From positions 55,490,001-55,554,000 of the forward strand of contig NC_042998.1 in the NCBI RefSeq assembly GCF_006345805.1: 64,000 bases of DNA, read 5' to 3'. This document shows positions 11,481 through 23,083 of this stretch, piece after piece (within the stretch, counting starts at the first letter, position 1; the number at the start of each line of letters is the position of its first letter). Under the pieces are notes generated by a model. The model did no database searches. It was not told the DNA's origin and saw only the letters and a list, made by a program, of their open reading frames with translations. The position numbers and the translations under genes were made by a program. This DNA is from Octopus sinensis. Lineage: Eukaryota.

Positions 11481-12797
11481 CTGTATATAATTTATTCACT
11501 GTTTCTCTTTAGATTATTACATTTTAATTATTTTCTTAAATTTCCAAATGTAATATGTCCCTATAGTTTAGTCTTCTCCCTATCCATTTTACTTTTCTTT
11601 ATTGGATTTAATTGCCGTCTACTATATCTATCGGGGCAAATATTTTCTTTTCTTCTCGATTTTTCATCAACTTCATCTCTAAAGCCTTATTTCATGCTAA
11701 ACTTTGATAATATTCGTGAATCAGAAAATTATTATATAAACTTATTCCATCATCTTTTTAATCGATATAGTTATGATTGATTTCTTATTGCAATCTTAAT
11801 CATTTGTCAAGCGCAACCGACAAATAGACGGTTCTTAGGGTAAAATATGAAGCTCACTGATAAAAAAGAATTACAGTGTAAAATCTAAATCAATAAAGGG
11901 TAAAAAGGTATAAGGATTCATAAACAACACTTCAATATACCGTAGTCATTTTTTATCGAGTGCTTTTCAAAGTGAGACTTGGAGCAATCGAAGCGCTTAG
12001 ATAGGTACGTATAAAGCAGGCTTGATATGTTCTGACTGCAGAAGAATTTTCTTTTTTAAATGCATCAATACTAACTTTATATTTTATATAATACAGAAAC
12101 TAAGTTACAAACATTCTTAGCTAGAGAAAAATTAAGTAATAAATTTCAAACACAGAAAAGAATTGACCCAAACAAAAATAATTAGTTTCATTTAATTATA
12201 TAGAATAATGCTTCTGATCAAAGGAAATTGGTTATCAGATTATTGTCGTATTTTTCGAAATACGCTGTATTGCATATAGCATTTGTCCATTTTCATATTT
12301 GAAACCATGTTCTTGCAAAGTTTCTAAAACCCAAATAAAAGAATTCGTTAAATGGTAAGTCTTAAGACCGAATCAGTATTTTAAGCTTCAAACCTCTGAA
12401 TTTATAAAATTAATGATGTATTATTTTCCTTGGTACCAATGTGCGAACTCACAAGTTCATTTGCACGTGAAATTCAAACATTGTAACTAAAAGTGTTCAC
12501 AGCATAAACACTTTACCTGCTAGAGGCACCAACCAAATTAACAACAAATAAACACTGCTTACAAAAGAAGGATACATTGGATTATGTGACCCGGAGTAAA
12601 AAATAAAATACAGTATTGTTTGGATTTCATTGTCTTTGAAAGTAGGCCTGCCCGGTTATGACTGATTCGGAGGTTAAAGAACAAAAACAACAGCAAAAAT
12701 ATTGATGACTGTATAGTAAAAAAATAAACTCATTGCATAGTTTCTCAATCGGAGTGTCGAAGCAACCAGGGGTAACATGAAGACTCACACGAGATGA

Positions 12798-12925
12798 CGC
12801 CGAGGTCGACTTTGTATTTCATCTTTTCGGGGTCGATAAATCAAGTACCAGTAAAACACTGGGGTCGATGTAATCGACTAGTCTCTTCCCCTAAAATTTC
12901 AGGCCTTTTGCCTATATTAGAAAGG

Positions 12926-12961
<36 letters not shown>
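12798..12961 (+). mobile_element. SINE family B, 5'-truncated
   Basis: CGCCGAGGTCGACTTTG...GGGGTCGATGTAATCGAC followed by (ATT)n. Confidence 0.85.
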
Positions 12962-13489
12962 GAGTGAGAGAGCAGTACATGTCATCATTATTATTGTTGT
13001 TGTTGTTGTTGTTGTTGTTATTGGTACTATTTACATTGTGTTCTGGGTTGAAACTTTACCCCGGTTCAAGTTTTCTTTTCACTCTTCCGCAGTCGAAAAG
13101 AAGTAGCAGCTAAATACAGAGGCTGATATAATCGACCTTGGCATTCTGTTCAAGTTAATAGCTATCAACATTACAGTGATGATGCTTGATATACTCTAGA
13201 TTGATGCCTTCGTCCCAAAGCAACAAATCGGCACAGCTGTTATTGATAATGGTGTTGGTTAGCTATAGGTCAATTTTCATTGAGCAGTCCTGCAGACAAA
13301 GGTTTTCTAGGCCGGAATCAACAGAGCGTACCTTGAAGGATCTTACTGAAATTTTTCTGTTAGATCGTGCGACCCTATAATGGGATTTTCGCTGCATCAT
13401 AGTTGTTATTGTTGTCGTTGTCATCATCGTTGTCGTCGTTGTTGTTTTTACTGCAGCCGCTGCTGCTGTTGTTCTTTTTTCATTTTTTT

Positions 13490-14324
13490 TCATTTGTTTC
13501 AGTCATTTGACTGCGGCCATGCTGGAGCACCGCCTTTAGTCGAGCAAATCGACCCCAGGACTTATTCTTTGTAAGCCTAATACTTATTCTATCGGTTCTC
13601 TCTTGCCGAACCGCTAATGGGCGGGGACGTAAACACACCAGCATCGGTTGTCAAGCGATGTTGGGGGGACAAACACAGACACACAGAGATACACCACACA
13701 CACACACACCACACACACACACACACACCACACACACACACACTATATAATATATATATATAATATACATCTAATGTAGGATAAAATTTTTCGAAAAAAT
13801 TTTTATCAATGGCCAGCATATCAAAATATTTTTTAATATGCTTTAAGGTTAAATATAAACAATTTAAGTGAGGGCAAAGAAAAAATTCTAATGCCAAAAT
13901 ATGCCGAAAATAGTTGTGTCTATTTTCGGCATATTTTGGCATTAGAAATTTTTTTTTGCCCTCACTTATAAATTATATATATATTTATATATATATAAAT
14001 ATATAATATCAATATATATATCAATATATATCAATATATATATATATATATCAATATATATAAAAATATATATATATCAATATATATATATATAAATATA
14101 TATATATCAATATATATATATAAATATATATATATCAATATATCAGTTTCCGTCTACCAAATCCACTCACAAGGCTTTGGTCAGCCAGAAGCTATAGTAG
14201 AAGACACTTGCCTAATGTGGCACACGTGGGACTGAACCCGGAAGGATGTGGTCGGTAAGCAAGCTACTTACCACAGAGCCACTCCTGCGCCTATAGCTAC
14301 CTACCACACAGCCACTCCTGCGCC
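13490..14324 (-). mobile_element. SINE family A split by an expanded central microsatellite that contains a fold-back insertion
   Basis: 3' half at 13490-13690, 5' half at 14144-14291, head duplicated at 14301-14324. Confidence 0.88.
13771..13968. repeat. Fold-back element: ~94-bp tail plus 49-bp inverted arms (13865-13913 / 13920-13968), embedded in (TA)n
   Basis: Arms match at 47/49 by eye, with loop TTGTGT. Confidence 0.9.
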
Positions 14325-15373
14325 TGTTGTTGTTGAAATCCTTTTCATTTTTGTTGTTTTATATCATTGTTATCTTGAAGAAAAAGTAAGCGGAGGAAGA
14401 GAAAAAGAAGGAGAAAAAGGAAGAGGAGAAAACAAAAAGAAGAACAACAAGATGATGATATTGTTTGGTGTACGTGGATGTTATTTTTGTAATCGTTGTT
14501 GTTTTCGTATACAAGGTTCTTTGTCAAACGAGTCGGAGTTATTTGTTTTGCTTGTAACTTTCTCCTTGTAAGATGACAACAACGAAGATGTTTTCAAACA
14601 ATAACAACCGCAGTTGTACATGAGAAGGGAGACATAGGCAAGAGAAAAGAGGGGCAACCCTGAACAAAGAAGGAAAATAGACAGTTTGAAAAAAAAAAGT
14701 AGTCATGATAAATAAATAAAAAGTGGGGTTGCTCCCTAGTGTCTGCTTGCGTATGTGTATGCGTGGTGTGGTAGGCAGTCTACGTGTAGTGTATATGTTT
14801 ATGAGTATTTATTTGTACGTGTATGCTTCAAAAGGAAAAATATCTGAAACCCAGTATAACGTAGAGGTTTACAAAGGAAAGAAAAGATATATAAGTTAAA
14901 GATGTATTGACAAAACAAAAATGGAATTTCTAGAACATGCTTTAAGTAAATATTCTTTTCTTCCTTATATTTTCATACCGGTATTAAAATATGAAAAGGC
15001 TTTAATGATCATATAAAAGAACTTTAATCGATCATAGCCATCCTGTACTTATTTTAAAGTTTGGCACTTTTCTTATTAAACTCTATTTGTTTAGGCAACA
15101 AGTTTGAAGAGTACCGTTTTTCGGTGTTACTTGGATGATTGTTTTATCCTGAGGACTCACCTAGACCGTAATGTCTCATTTACTATGGAATGTAGTTACA
15201 AACAACTACTTTTTTGATCATCTTAAACCTAAAATGAGATACGAGCATTAAAACTGATATTCACTTCAAATCAACAGGCTCAAACAATACCAGTTATTTC
15301 CTTCCTGCCATCCAAAGCATACGAAGACAAGTAATCTGTTTAACCTGTCAAGAATAATCTGTACAACTGTATA

Positions 15374-15599
15374 AGTGCAGGCATAGCTGTATAGTAAGAA
15401 ATTTGCTTCCCAACAACATGGCTCCTGGTTCGATTCTACTGCGTGGCATCTTGGGCAAGTGCCTTCTACTATAGCCTTGGGTCGACCAAAGCTTTGTGAG
15501 TGGATTTGGGGATTTGGTAGGCGGAAACTGAAAGAAACTATATATATAACTATATATATATATATAATATATATATATATATTATATATATATATATAT

Positions 15600-15680
<81 letters not shown>

Positions 15681-15752
15681 TATATATATATAATATATAT
15701 ATATAATAATAAATATTAGGGAATAAATCCAAATTTACAGGGAAAAAATAAT

Positions 15753-15791
<39 letters not shown>

Positions 15792-16124
15792 CTATATATA
15801 TAACTATATATATAAAGAAACTATATATATAAAGAAACTGGTCGTATATATGTGTGTATGTATGTATATATATATTTATAAATGTATTATTGTGTGTGTG
15901 TCTTTGCGCCTGTTTATCTCCCACCATATCTTGACAACCGGTGTTGGTGTGCTTACGTCCCCGTAACTTAGTGGTTCGGCAAAAGACCGATGGAATAAGT
16001 ACCAGGCTTAAAAGGAAAATAAGTACTCGTGTCGATTCTCTCGACTAAAAGTCCTTCAAGATGAAACCCCAGCCTGGCTGTAATCTAATGACTGAAACAA
16101 ATAAAAGATAAATATATAAAAGAT
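15374..16124 (+). mobile_element. SINE family A with ~300-bp (TA)n expansion
   Basis: Both halves are recognisable. The junction AAAGAAACT is reiterated three times. Confidence 0.85.
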
Positions 16125-16129
16125 AACTC

Positions 16130-16480
16130 TATCCAGTCCCGAAACCCGGGAGAAAGGATTACAAGAACTTAAGAATATGTCACTCGAAAGTCAATTCCCA
16201 CTAACTTGAATCAATAATGCAATAGAATGCGCAAAAGTGAGATAGCCAAGAAATACGAAAAGCATGAATCATCCCTGATACACTCAATAGTTACCCTAAT
16301 AAATCAACACACATTCCAAGAAGTAGTGATGCAAACAACATCATTCATCAAGATATTCCATTTTTGATGAATGACCCACGAATGAAGAGGACACTCGGAA
16401 CACACAAAATATTTGAAAGTAAAAACCAACCTAAGTCTTTTAGAAAATTATTTACTAGCACAGATTACCCACCAAAAACA
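16130..16480 (+). pseudogene. Penelope-like element RT thumb/linker remnant
   Basis: PETREKGLQELKNM...INNAIECAK and NDPRMKRTLGTHKIFESKNQPKSFRKLFTS resemble the PLE thumb-to-EN linker (…RQPKNLKRILT). Confidence 0.5.
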
Positions 16481-16744
16481 CAACTACAGTAATCAAAAAT
16501 GTAACTACCCTGATTACGGAATCTCCGTCAACCTTATTATGAATTTACTTATGAATTTAAATTAGAACAAACATTTACCCCGACATTTTAAAGTCATTTA
16601 TACGACACAATAACGGTCCACCTTCAACAGCTACGTGATAACAATACCAGAAAAATACCAAGTAGTAAACATCTGGTTCCCTGTGCAACAAACATTGCAA
16701 ATAACAAATTTCCCCTTTATACCAATGTATCAGTAACACCGACC

Positions 16745-16892
16745 AAGAACCCGCTGGCTTGACACCATCAAGAGTGACACGGGAATGGACATAGCCAATC
16801 TGAAAGAAACGACCCAGGATAGAACTGGCTGGAGGACACTGATACATCGAGTAACCGAGAGTTGACTTCGACTGAGCGGATAGATAGATCAG
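16745..16892 (+). pseudogene. RTE LINE 3' end
   Basis: RTRWLDTIKSDTGMDIANLKETTQDRTGWRTLIHRVTES is a typical RTE C-terminus. Confidence 0.75.
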
Positions 16893-17333
16893 TAACACGA
16901 CAGAGCTTATGAAACAAATTTCTTTATACTTTAAAATCTTCATCGTATCTAATTGCTATTATTTATTGCTATGAAACTCACTGGACTCGCAAATTAATTG
17001 CTACGAAATTTATCGAAGGCTTAAAGTGTCATTCTTTATCATTGTGTGAAACTTAGCAAACACTTCAATTTTCATTGCGTAATTTTCTGTAAAACCTATT
17101 GTTGAACATATTTTATCGCTATGAAACTTTTTCTTTCTTTTAAATTTTCCTATAATATTTTTCTTTATTTACCATTGCGAAGCAAAAACGAAAAAAAAAC
17201 CATTATGATAATATGTTGAAATCGTTATGATATTTTGATAAGTTAAAAATTTTTTTTTTTAATGAAAATAAAAATTCATTTTAAAACCCAGATGCATTTA
17301 AAACCACACAATCAATCTCCGTATCTTCCCACT

Positions 17334-17633
17334 GGTGTAGCTGTGTTGCAAAAAGTGTGCTTCTCAGCCACGTGGTTCCAGGCTCAGTCCAACTATATGA
17401 TATCTTGGTCAAGTGCTTTCTACTATAATCCCGGGACGATCAAGGCTTTTTGAGTGAATTTGGTAGACAGAAACTGAAAAAATCCCAACGTGTCTACCAG
17501 ATCCACTCACAAGGTTCTGGTCGACCCGAGACGATAGTTGAAGACACTCCATCAAAACGCCACGCGTTGTGACTGAACCTGAAACCAATGTGGTTGAGAA
17601 GCAAACTTCTTACCACACAGCCGTACCAGCGCC
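17334..17633. mobile_element. Two SINE-A 5' halves in adjacent inverted orientation
   Basis: + copy at 17334-17482 and - copy at 17492-17633. Confidence 0.85.
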
Positions 17634-17737
17634 TGTTTGTATGTAGCAAAATACTCAGGCTCAGTATGCAATGCACCGGGATCGAATTCGGGATCCTATG
17701 ATTACGAAGCGAACTTCGAAACTACCCGATCATACAT

Positions 17738-17797
<60 letters not shown>

Positions 17798-18600
17798 GCA
17801 CATTGTCAGGTAACTATGTACATATAACGATCACTGCGTATTTAGATTACTTTACATTTTCTTAACGATCCAATAACGCCTTTTAAACCAAAGACCTGTT
17901 CTGAATTCTCACTGGTAAACAAGCCTCCTTTACCATCGAGTGAATGAAAAAATAAAATGCTTAAATTTACGTTAATTCCATATTATTTCCACTGAACAAA
18001 TCAACTAGCTGTTGCTGTTATCATTTCTAAAATTCCTTTATGCGATAAGATCTTGTTGAAATTCACTTGACATACATATGTGCACAAAAGCTTAACGTTA
18101 TCTCAAATGTCCAGTGTTATTGAGATACCTTTCAGTTTGTTTGTTATGTGATAAGGTACATACATTCAGCAATTTTAAGTAATTGATAGCCCTTCGCAGG
18201 TGTTTTTGACCGAGACTTAGCGTCGTCAAATGTCTCCGTGCGGCATGGTTAGTACTCCATAGCAACAACTTCGGCGTTTATTTGTTGTTTGTAAAGGATT
18301 CTTATAAGCGAGCGAATACTCAAGGATGTACGTTAGTACTACTGTACTTAGGTTTGTGCATGTGTATTAAATGTATAGAGCTAAGTATCCATAAAGAAGT
18401 AGCAGAACACACACGAAATCCGGTTAGGGTTTACTACAGTAGCAATACGCTGCAAATTCAACGTCACTAAAGTACAACTGATACTCGAGGATCATTGCTA
18501 CATAATTCCACAGAGTATTAATTTCGGTTGGATCTACATGCCTACGAGCTACGAGACTTATTTCCCTAACAGAAAACTATGTCAGTTTACGTATATATAT

Positions 18601-18650
<50 letters not shown>

Positions 18651-18898
18651 GCTGCTTTCTCGTATACGAGCAAAACCATTACTAGAAAGAATCATTGAAA
18701 TGAGTCATTGATGATGCAGTGTGAAGCCCTTGTATGACTCTTGAGCCCGGTCCAAATGATTTGCACATTATATTGTATAATACACAGCTATGCTGGCTGG
18801 TAGAGGGAATAGGTGCCACAGTATTGTATATATATATATATATATATATATGCATATGTGCGAATATATATATACACGTATGTGTGCGGGTGTAAAAG

Positions 18899-18928
<30 letters not shown>

Positions 18929-18929
<1 letters not shown>

Positions 18930-20180
18930 CTTATTATAAAAGGCAGATTTTATCTGCCTCCCTTTGGGAGTTATACAAATCTACAATATAGGATTTCTTC
19001 AATTACAATTTACCTAGCAATTTTAAGAGTACAATGCATCGCGTCATGCCAGGTCCAGTTTTTAAAATTTAAACTCCAATTAAGCAAAATTTACAGAAAA
19101 CTCACATTCTGGTGTGTGTGTCAAATGCTTTTCTTAGTCTGGTTTACACCACACGCAAACGCACACACACACAAAGGGAGCGAATTGTTTCACTGACGCT
19201 ATCACCCTTCTCCTCCTTTGTCTTTGCAAGTTGGCAGCTATTAAAGTGAAAACAGTGAATCCGACAGCGATAAAGAAAACGAATTGGTACTTGAATGGAG
19301 TGAAAATTTAAAAACTGTTTCTTTCGGTGAGTTTTCTGAAGAAACTGGACCAAGCCACAGACTTTCCCAGAAGAGTAAAGCCTTAGACTATTTCTATTTA
19401 CTTTTTCGAATGAGCCTATTTGAAATCATTACGCTAAACGTAAACAAAGCGAAAGAAAGGATAGTTTGTTATTTCCCACAATCTTAAATGAAATTAAGGC
19501 CTATTTTGCCATAAATATTATTATGGGTATCAGAAAGTTACCCAGAATAACAAATTCTATTGTAAAATTTTGTTGTATACCCAATTGAATATTAGCTAAT
19601 AACCCATTTTCTATAGCGATGTTTGAACAAAATTTTAATAATTTTACAGAAAATTACCCAGAATAACAAATTCTATCGTAAAATTTTGTTGTATACCCAA
19701 TTGAATATTAGCTAATAACCCATTTTCTATAGCGATGTTTGAACAAAATTTTAATAATTTTACAGAAAGTTACCCAGAATACAAATTCTATCGTAAAATT
19801 TTGTTGTATACCCAATTGAATATTAGCTAATAACCCATTTTCTATAGCGATGTTTGAACAAAATTTTAATAATTTTACAGAAAGTTACCCAGAATAACAA
19901 ACGAGCCCTTCTGGGTATTAGCGCGCGTCTACGATGAGTCTACGATTTAAAAAAAAATTACCATCATATTTTTCCATTTTAATGCATTTTTTTCGCTTTT
20001 ATATAAGGGAAGTAACTCTCTAAAAATATCTACGATGTGTCAACGATTTAAAGAAAAATTTACCTTAATTTTTTTTCAATTTTTAATGCATTTTTTTGCT
20101 ACTTTTTGGCTATAACTCTCTAAAAATGCTTATATAGTTATTTCCCTTACAACCCGAGCAACGCCGGGCGATACTGCTAG
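18929..20180 (+). mobile_element. Composite Helitron: family-2 head, 116-bp minisatellite x3, family-1 tail
   Basis: A|TC start at 18929. Units start at 19537, 19653, 19769 and 19884 (partial). Hairpin plus CTAG at 20177-20180. Confidence 0.85.
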
Positions 20181-21358
20181 TCTTATTATAAAAGGCAGAT
20201 TTTATCTGCCTCCCTTTATAAGTTATAGAAATCTACAATATAGGATTTCTTCAATTACAATTTATCTAGCATTTTTAAGAGTAGAATGCATCGGGTCATG
20301 CCAGGTCCAGTTTTTAAATTTTAAACTCCAATTAAGCAAAATTTAGAGAAAACTCACATTCTGGTGTGTATGTCAAATGTTTTTCTTAATGTGGTTTACA
20401 CCACACGCAAACGCACACACACACAAAGGGAGCGAATTGTTTCACTGACGCTATCACCCTTCTCCTCCTTTGTCTTTGCAAGTTTGCAGCTATTAAAGTG
20501 AAAACAGTGAATCCGACAGCGATAAAGAAAACGAATTGGTACCTGGAGTGAATATTTAAAAACTGTTTCTTTTGGTGATTTTTCTGAAGAAACTGCACCA
20601 AGCCACAGACTTTCCCAGAAGAGTATAAAGCCTTAAACTATTTCTATTTACTTTTTCGAATGAGCCCATTTGAAATCATTACGCTAAACGTAAACAAAGC
20701 GAAAGAAAGGATAGTTTGTTATTTCCCACAACCTTAAATGAAATTAAGGCCTATTTTGCCATAATATTATTATGGGTATCAGAAAGTTACCCAGAATAAC
20801 AAATTCTATCGTAAAATTTTGTTGTATACCCAATTGAATATTAGCTAATAACCCATTTTCTATAGCGATGTTTGAACAAAATTTTAATAATTTTACAGAA
20901 AGTTACCCAGAATAACAAATTCTATCGTAAAATTTTGTTGTATACCCAATTGAATATTAGCTAATAACCCATTTTCTATAGCGATGTTTGAACAAAATTT
21001 TAATAATTTTACAGAAAGTTACCCAGAATAACAAATTCTATCGTAAAATTTTGTTGTATACCCAATTGAATATTAGCTAATAACCCATTTTCTATAGCGA
21101 TGTTTGAACAAAATTTTAATAATTTTACAGAAAGTTACCCAGAATAACAAATTCTATTGTAAAATTTTGTTGTATACCCAATTGAATATTCGCTAATAAC
21201 CCATTTTCTATAGCGATGTTTGAACAAAATTTTAATAATTTTACAGAAAGTTACCCAGAATAACAAATTCTATCATAAAATTTTGTTGTATACCCAACTG
21301 AATATTAGCTAATAACCCATTTTCTATAGCGATGTTTGAACAAAATTTTAATAATTTT
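20181..21358 (+). mobile_element. Helitron family-2 head with 116-bp minisatellite x~5
   Basis: Starts TC immediately after the CTAG of the previous copy. Units start at 20786, 20902, 21018, 21134 and 21250. Confidence 0.85.
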
Positions 21359-21360
21359 AT

Positions 21361-21600
21361 ATATTGTTGAATTTACCTGTATCTACCTGCAATTAGAGTC
21401 ACTTTGTGACAGAAATTATAGTATAGAATTGGTTGAGGACATTTCATTAAATTATCTTCCAAAAATCACATTAATATATTGATAAATAAAAAAGTTATAG
21501 TTGTTTAATGAAACCAGACTAAATTTATGATTACGTTAGAAATTAATTGAAACACATAAGGGGTGTATTTTGGTCAGAAATATAGTAACGAAAGGGTTAA
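21361..21600. mobile_element. One end of a TTAA-type (piggyBac-like) MITE
   Basis: Ends ...GTAACGAAAGGG-TTAA. The other end was not seen. Confidence 0.45.
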
Positions 21601-21708
21601 GAAAAACCAAAAAATATTTTATTCTTTATAAATGTTGTATTCAAAATAACATTTTCTTATAAGAATGCGTATATAACAAAGCATGTGTATATAACTACGT
21701 GGCTTATA

Positions 21709-22105
21709 TCTTTATATATAAGAGTGAAGTTGTGTGTCTGTCTCCTACGATTTAGATTCCTAACTACTCCCACATTTTGCGGTGCAGTGTAAACAAAACC
21801 GGGTATCTTATAGTCGTGAGTCATATCGAGCCCTTCTGGGTATTAGCGCGCGTCTACGATGAGTCTACGATTAAAAAAAATTTACCATCATATTTTTCCA
21901 TTTTAATGCATTTTGTTTGCTATTATGTAAGGGAAGTAACTCTCTAAAAATATCTACGATGTGTCAACGATTTAAAAAGAAATTTACCTTAATTTTGTTT
22001 CCATTTTTAATGCATTTTTTTCCTATTTTTTGGCTATAACTCTCTAAAAATGCTTATATAGTTATTTCCCTTACAAACCCGAGCAACGCCGGGCGATACT
22101 GCTAG
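21709..22105 (+). mobile_element. Non-autonomous Helitron family 1 variant
   Basis: A|TC start, hairpin plus CTAG|T end at 22102-22105. Confidence 0.88.
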
Positions 22106-22121
22106 TATATATATATATTGC

Positions 22122-22222
22122 TAAAAGACTTTTTCAATTCCTGGGCGTTATACTAATACATCTGTTTGTTTTATACACCACCTGTCTTCGTCTTTTGTTT
22201 TTGTTTTTCGTGAACTCTCCCT
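22122..22222 (+). repeat. Short PLE-like 3' tail family (other copies at 29720-29853, 40060-40250, 47370-47513)
   Basis: Shared GAGCGTTA(T/A)ACTAATA...CACCTGTCTT...TTTTG segment. The 40060 copy is more divergent. Confidence 0.6.
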
Positions 22223-22752
22223 AGATGCAACAAGTTTCATACTAAATAAACGTGACGAGTGAAGTTTTTTGACCACCAATGGCCATCTTGATTTAATGTT
22301 CTTCACCAGAGCAACGTTTACGTTTTATGACTTTCAAACTGAGCAAACGGGAAAAGAAATCCGCTAGCAAACGTATGCACACATGCTCACGTACATGCAC
22401 ACTGATAGCAGTAGTAATTTCCAAGACATTACTGTCTCCAGTCCTAGGACTCATTGAGTCGGTTTCTATTGTCTATGAATTACTTAGATTACGACACTCT
22501 CTCTCTCTTTCAACGGGACTCCAGATCCGTCGCAGATTTATATATTATATTAACAATTGAATAGAACGGAGTGTTTTGCTATAGGATACAAGGGACCTCT
22601 CGGTCCGGAATTCGAAACTCGATCTTGCTGTCATGAGTGCAACACCCCAACTACTAGGCCACGCGCCTTTACACTAATATATATATATATATTTCTACAC
22701 ACGCACACACGACGCACATATGTTTGTGCATGCACGCGTAAATTCTGTATAT

Positions 22753-23083
22753 ATGACTGGCCCTCCGTCGGTTATGACGACGAGAGTTCTAGTTGATCAG
22801 AGAATGGAACAGAGTCCCCATGAAATTAACGTACAAGTGACTGAGCATTCCACAAACACGAGTACTCTTAACGTAGTTGTTGGGGAGATTTAGAGTGATA
22901 AAGAATGTGACACGGCGGCGGGCCTTTTGAAATACAGGTAGTACTCATTTTTGCTAGCTGGGTGAACCGAAGCAACTCGAAATAACATGTCTTGCTCACG
23001 GACACAAAGCACAGCCGGGAATGGAACTCACGACCTTATGATCGTGAGCCGAAAAGACTAACCACTAAGCCATGCACCTTCAC
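22753..23083 (-). mobile_element. tRNA-derived SINE family C, full length
   Basis: Minus strand reads GTGAAGGTGCATGGCTTAGTGGTTAG (A box), GAGTTCCATTCC (B box), GTGTCCGTGAGCAAGAC (CORE/V-like segment). Another tRNA-like head fragment lies at 22601-22670. Confidence 0.8.

Noticed and set aside
11040-11780. 246-aa F/L/S-rich ORF resembling a membrane protein
   Set aside because: It is the translation of a polypyrimidine low-complexity tract.
19537-21358. Regularly spaced repeats as a possible CRISPR array
   Set aside because: The units are contiguous 116-bp repeats with no unique spacers, in a eukaryotic Helitron context.
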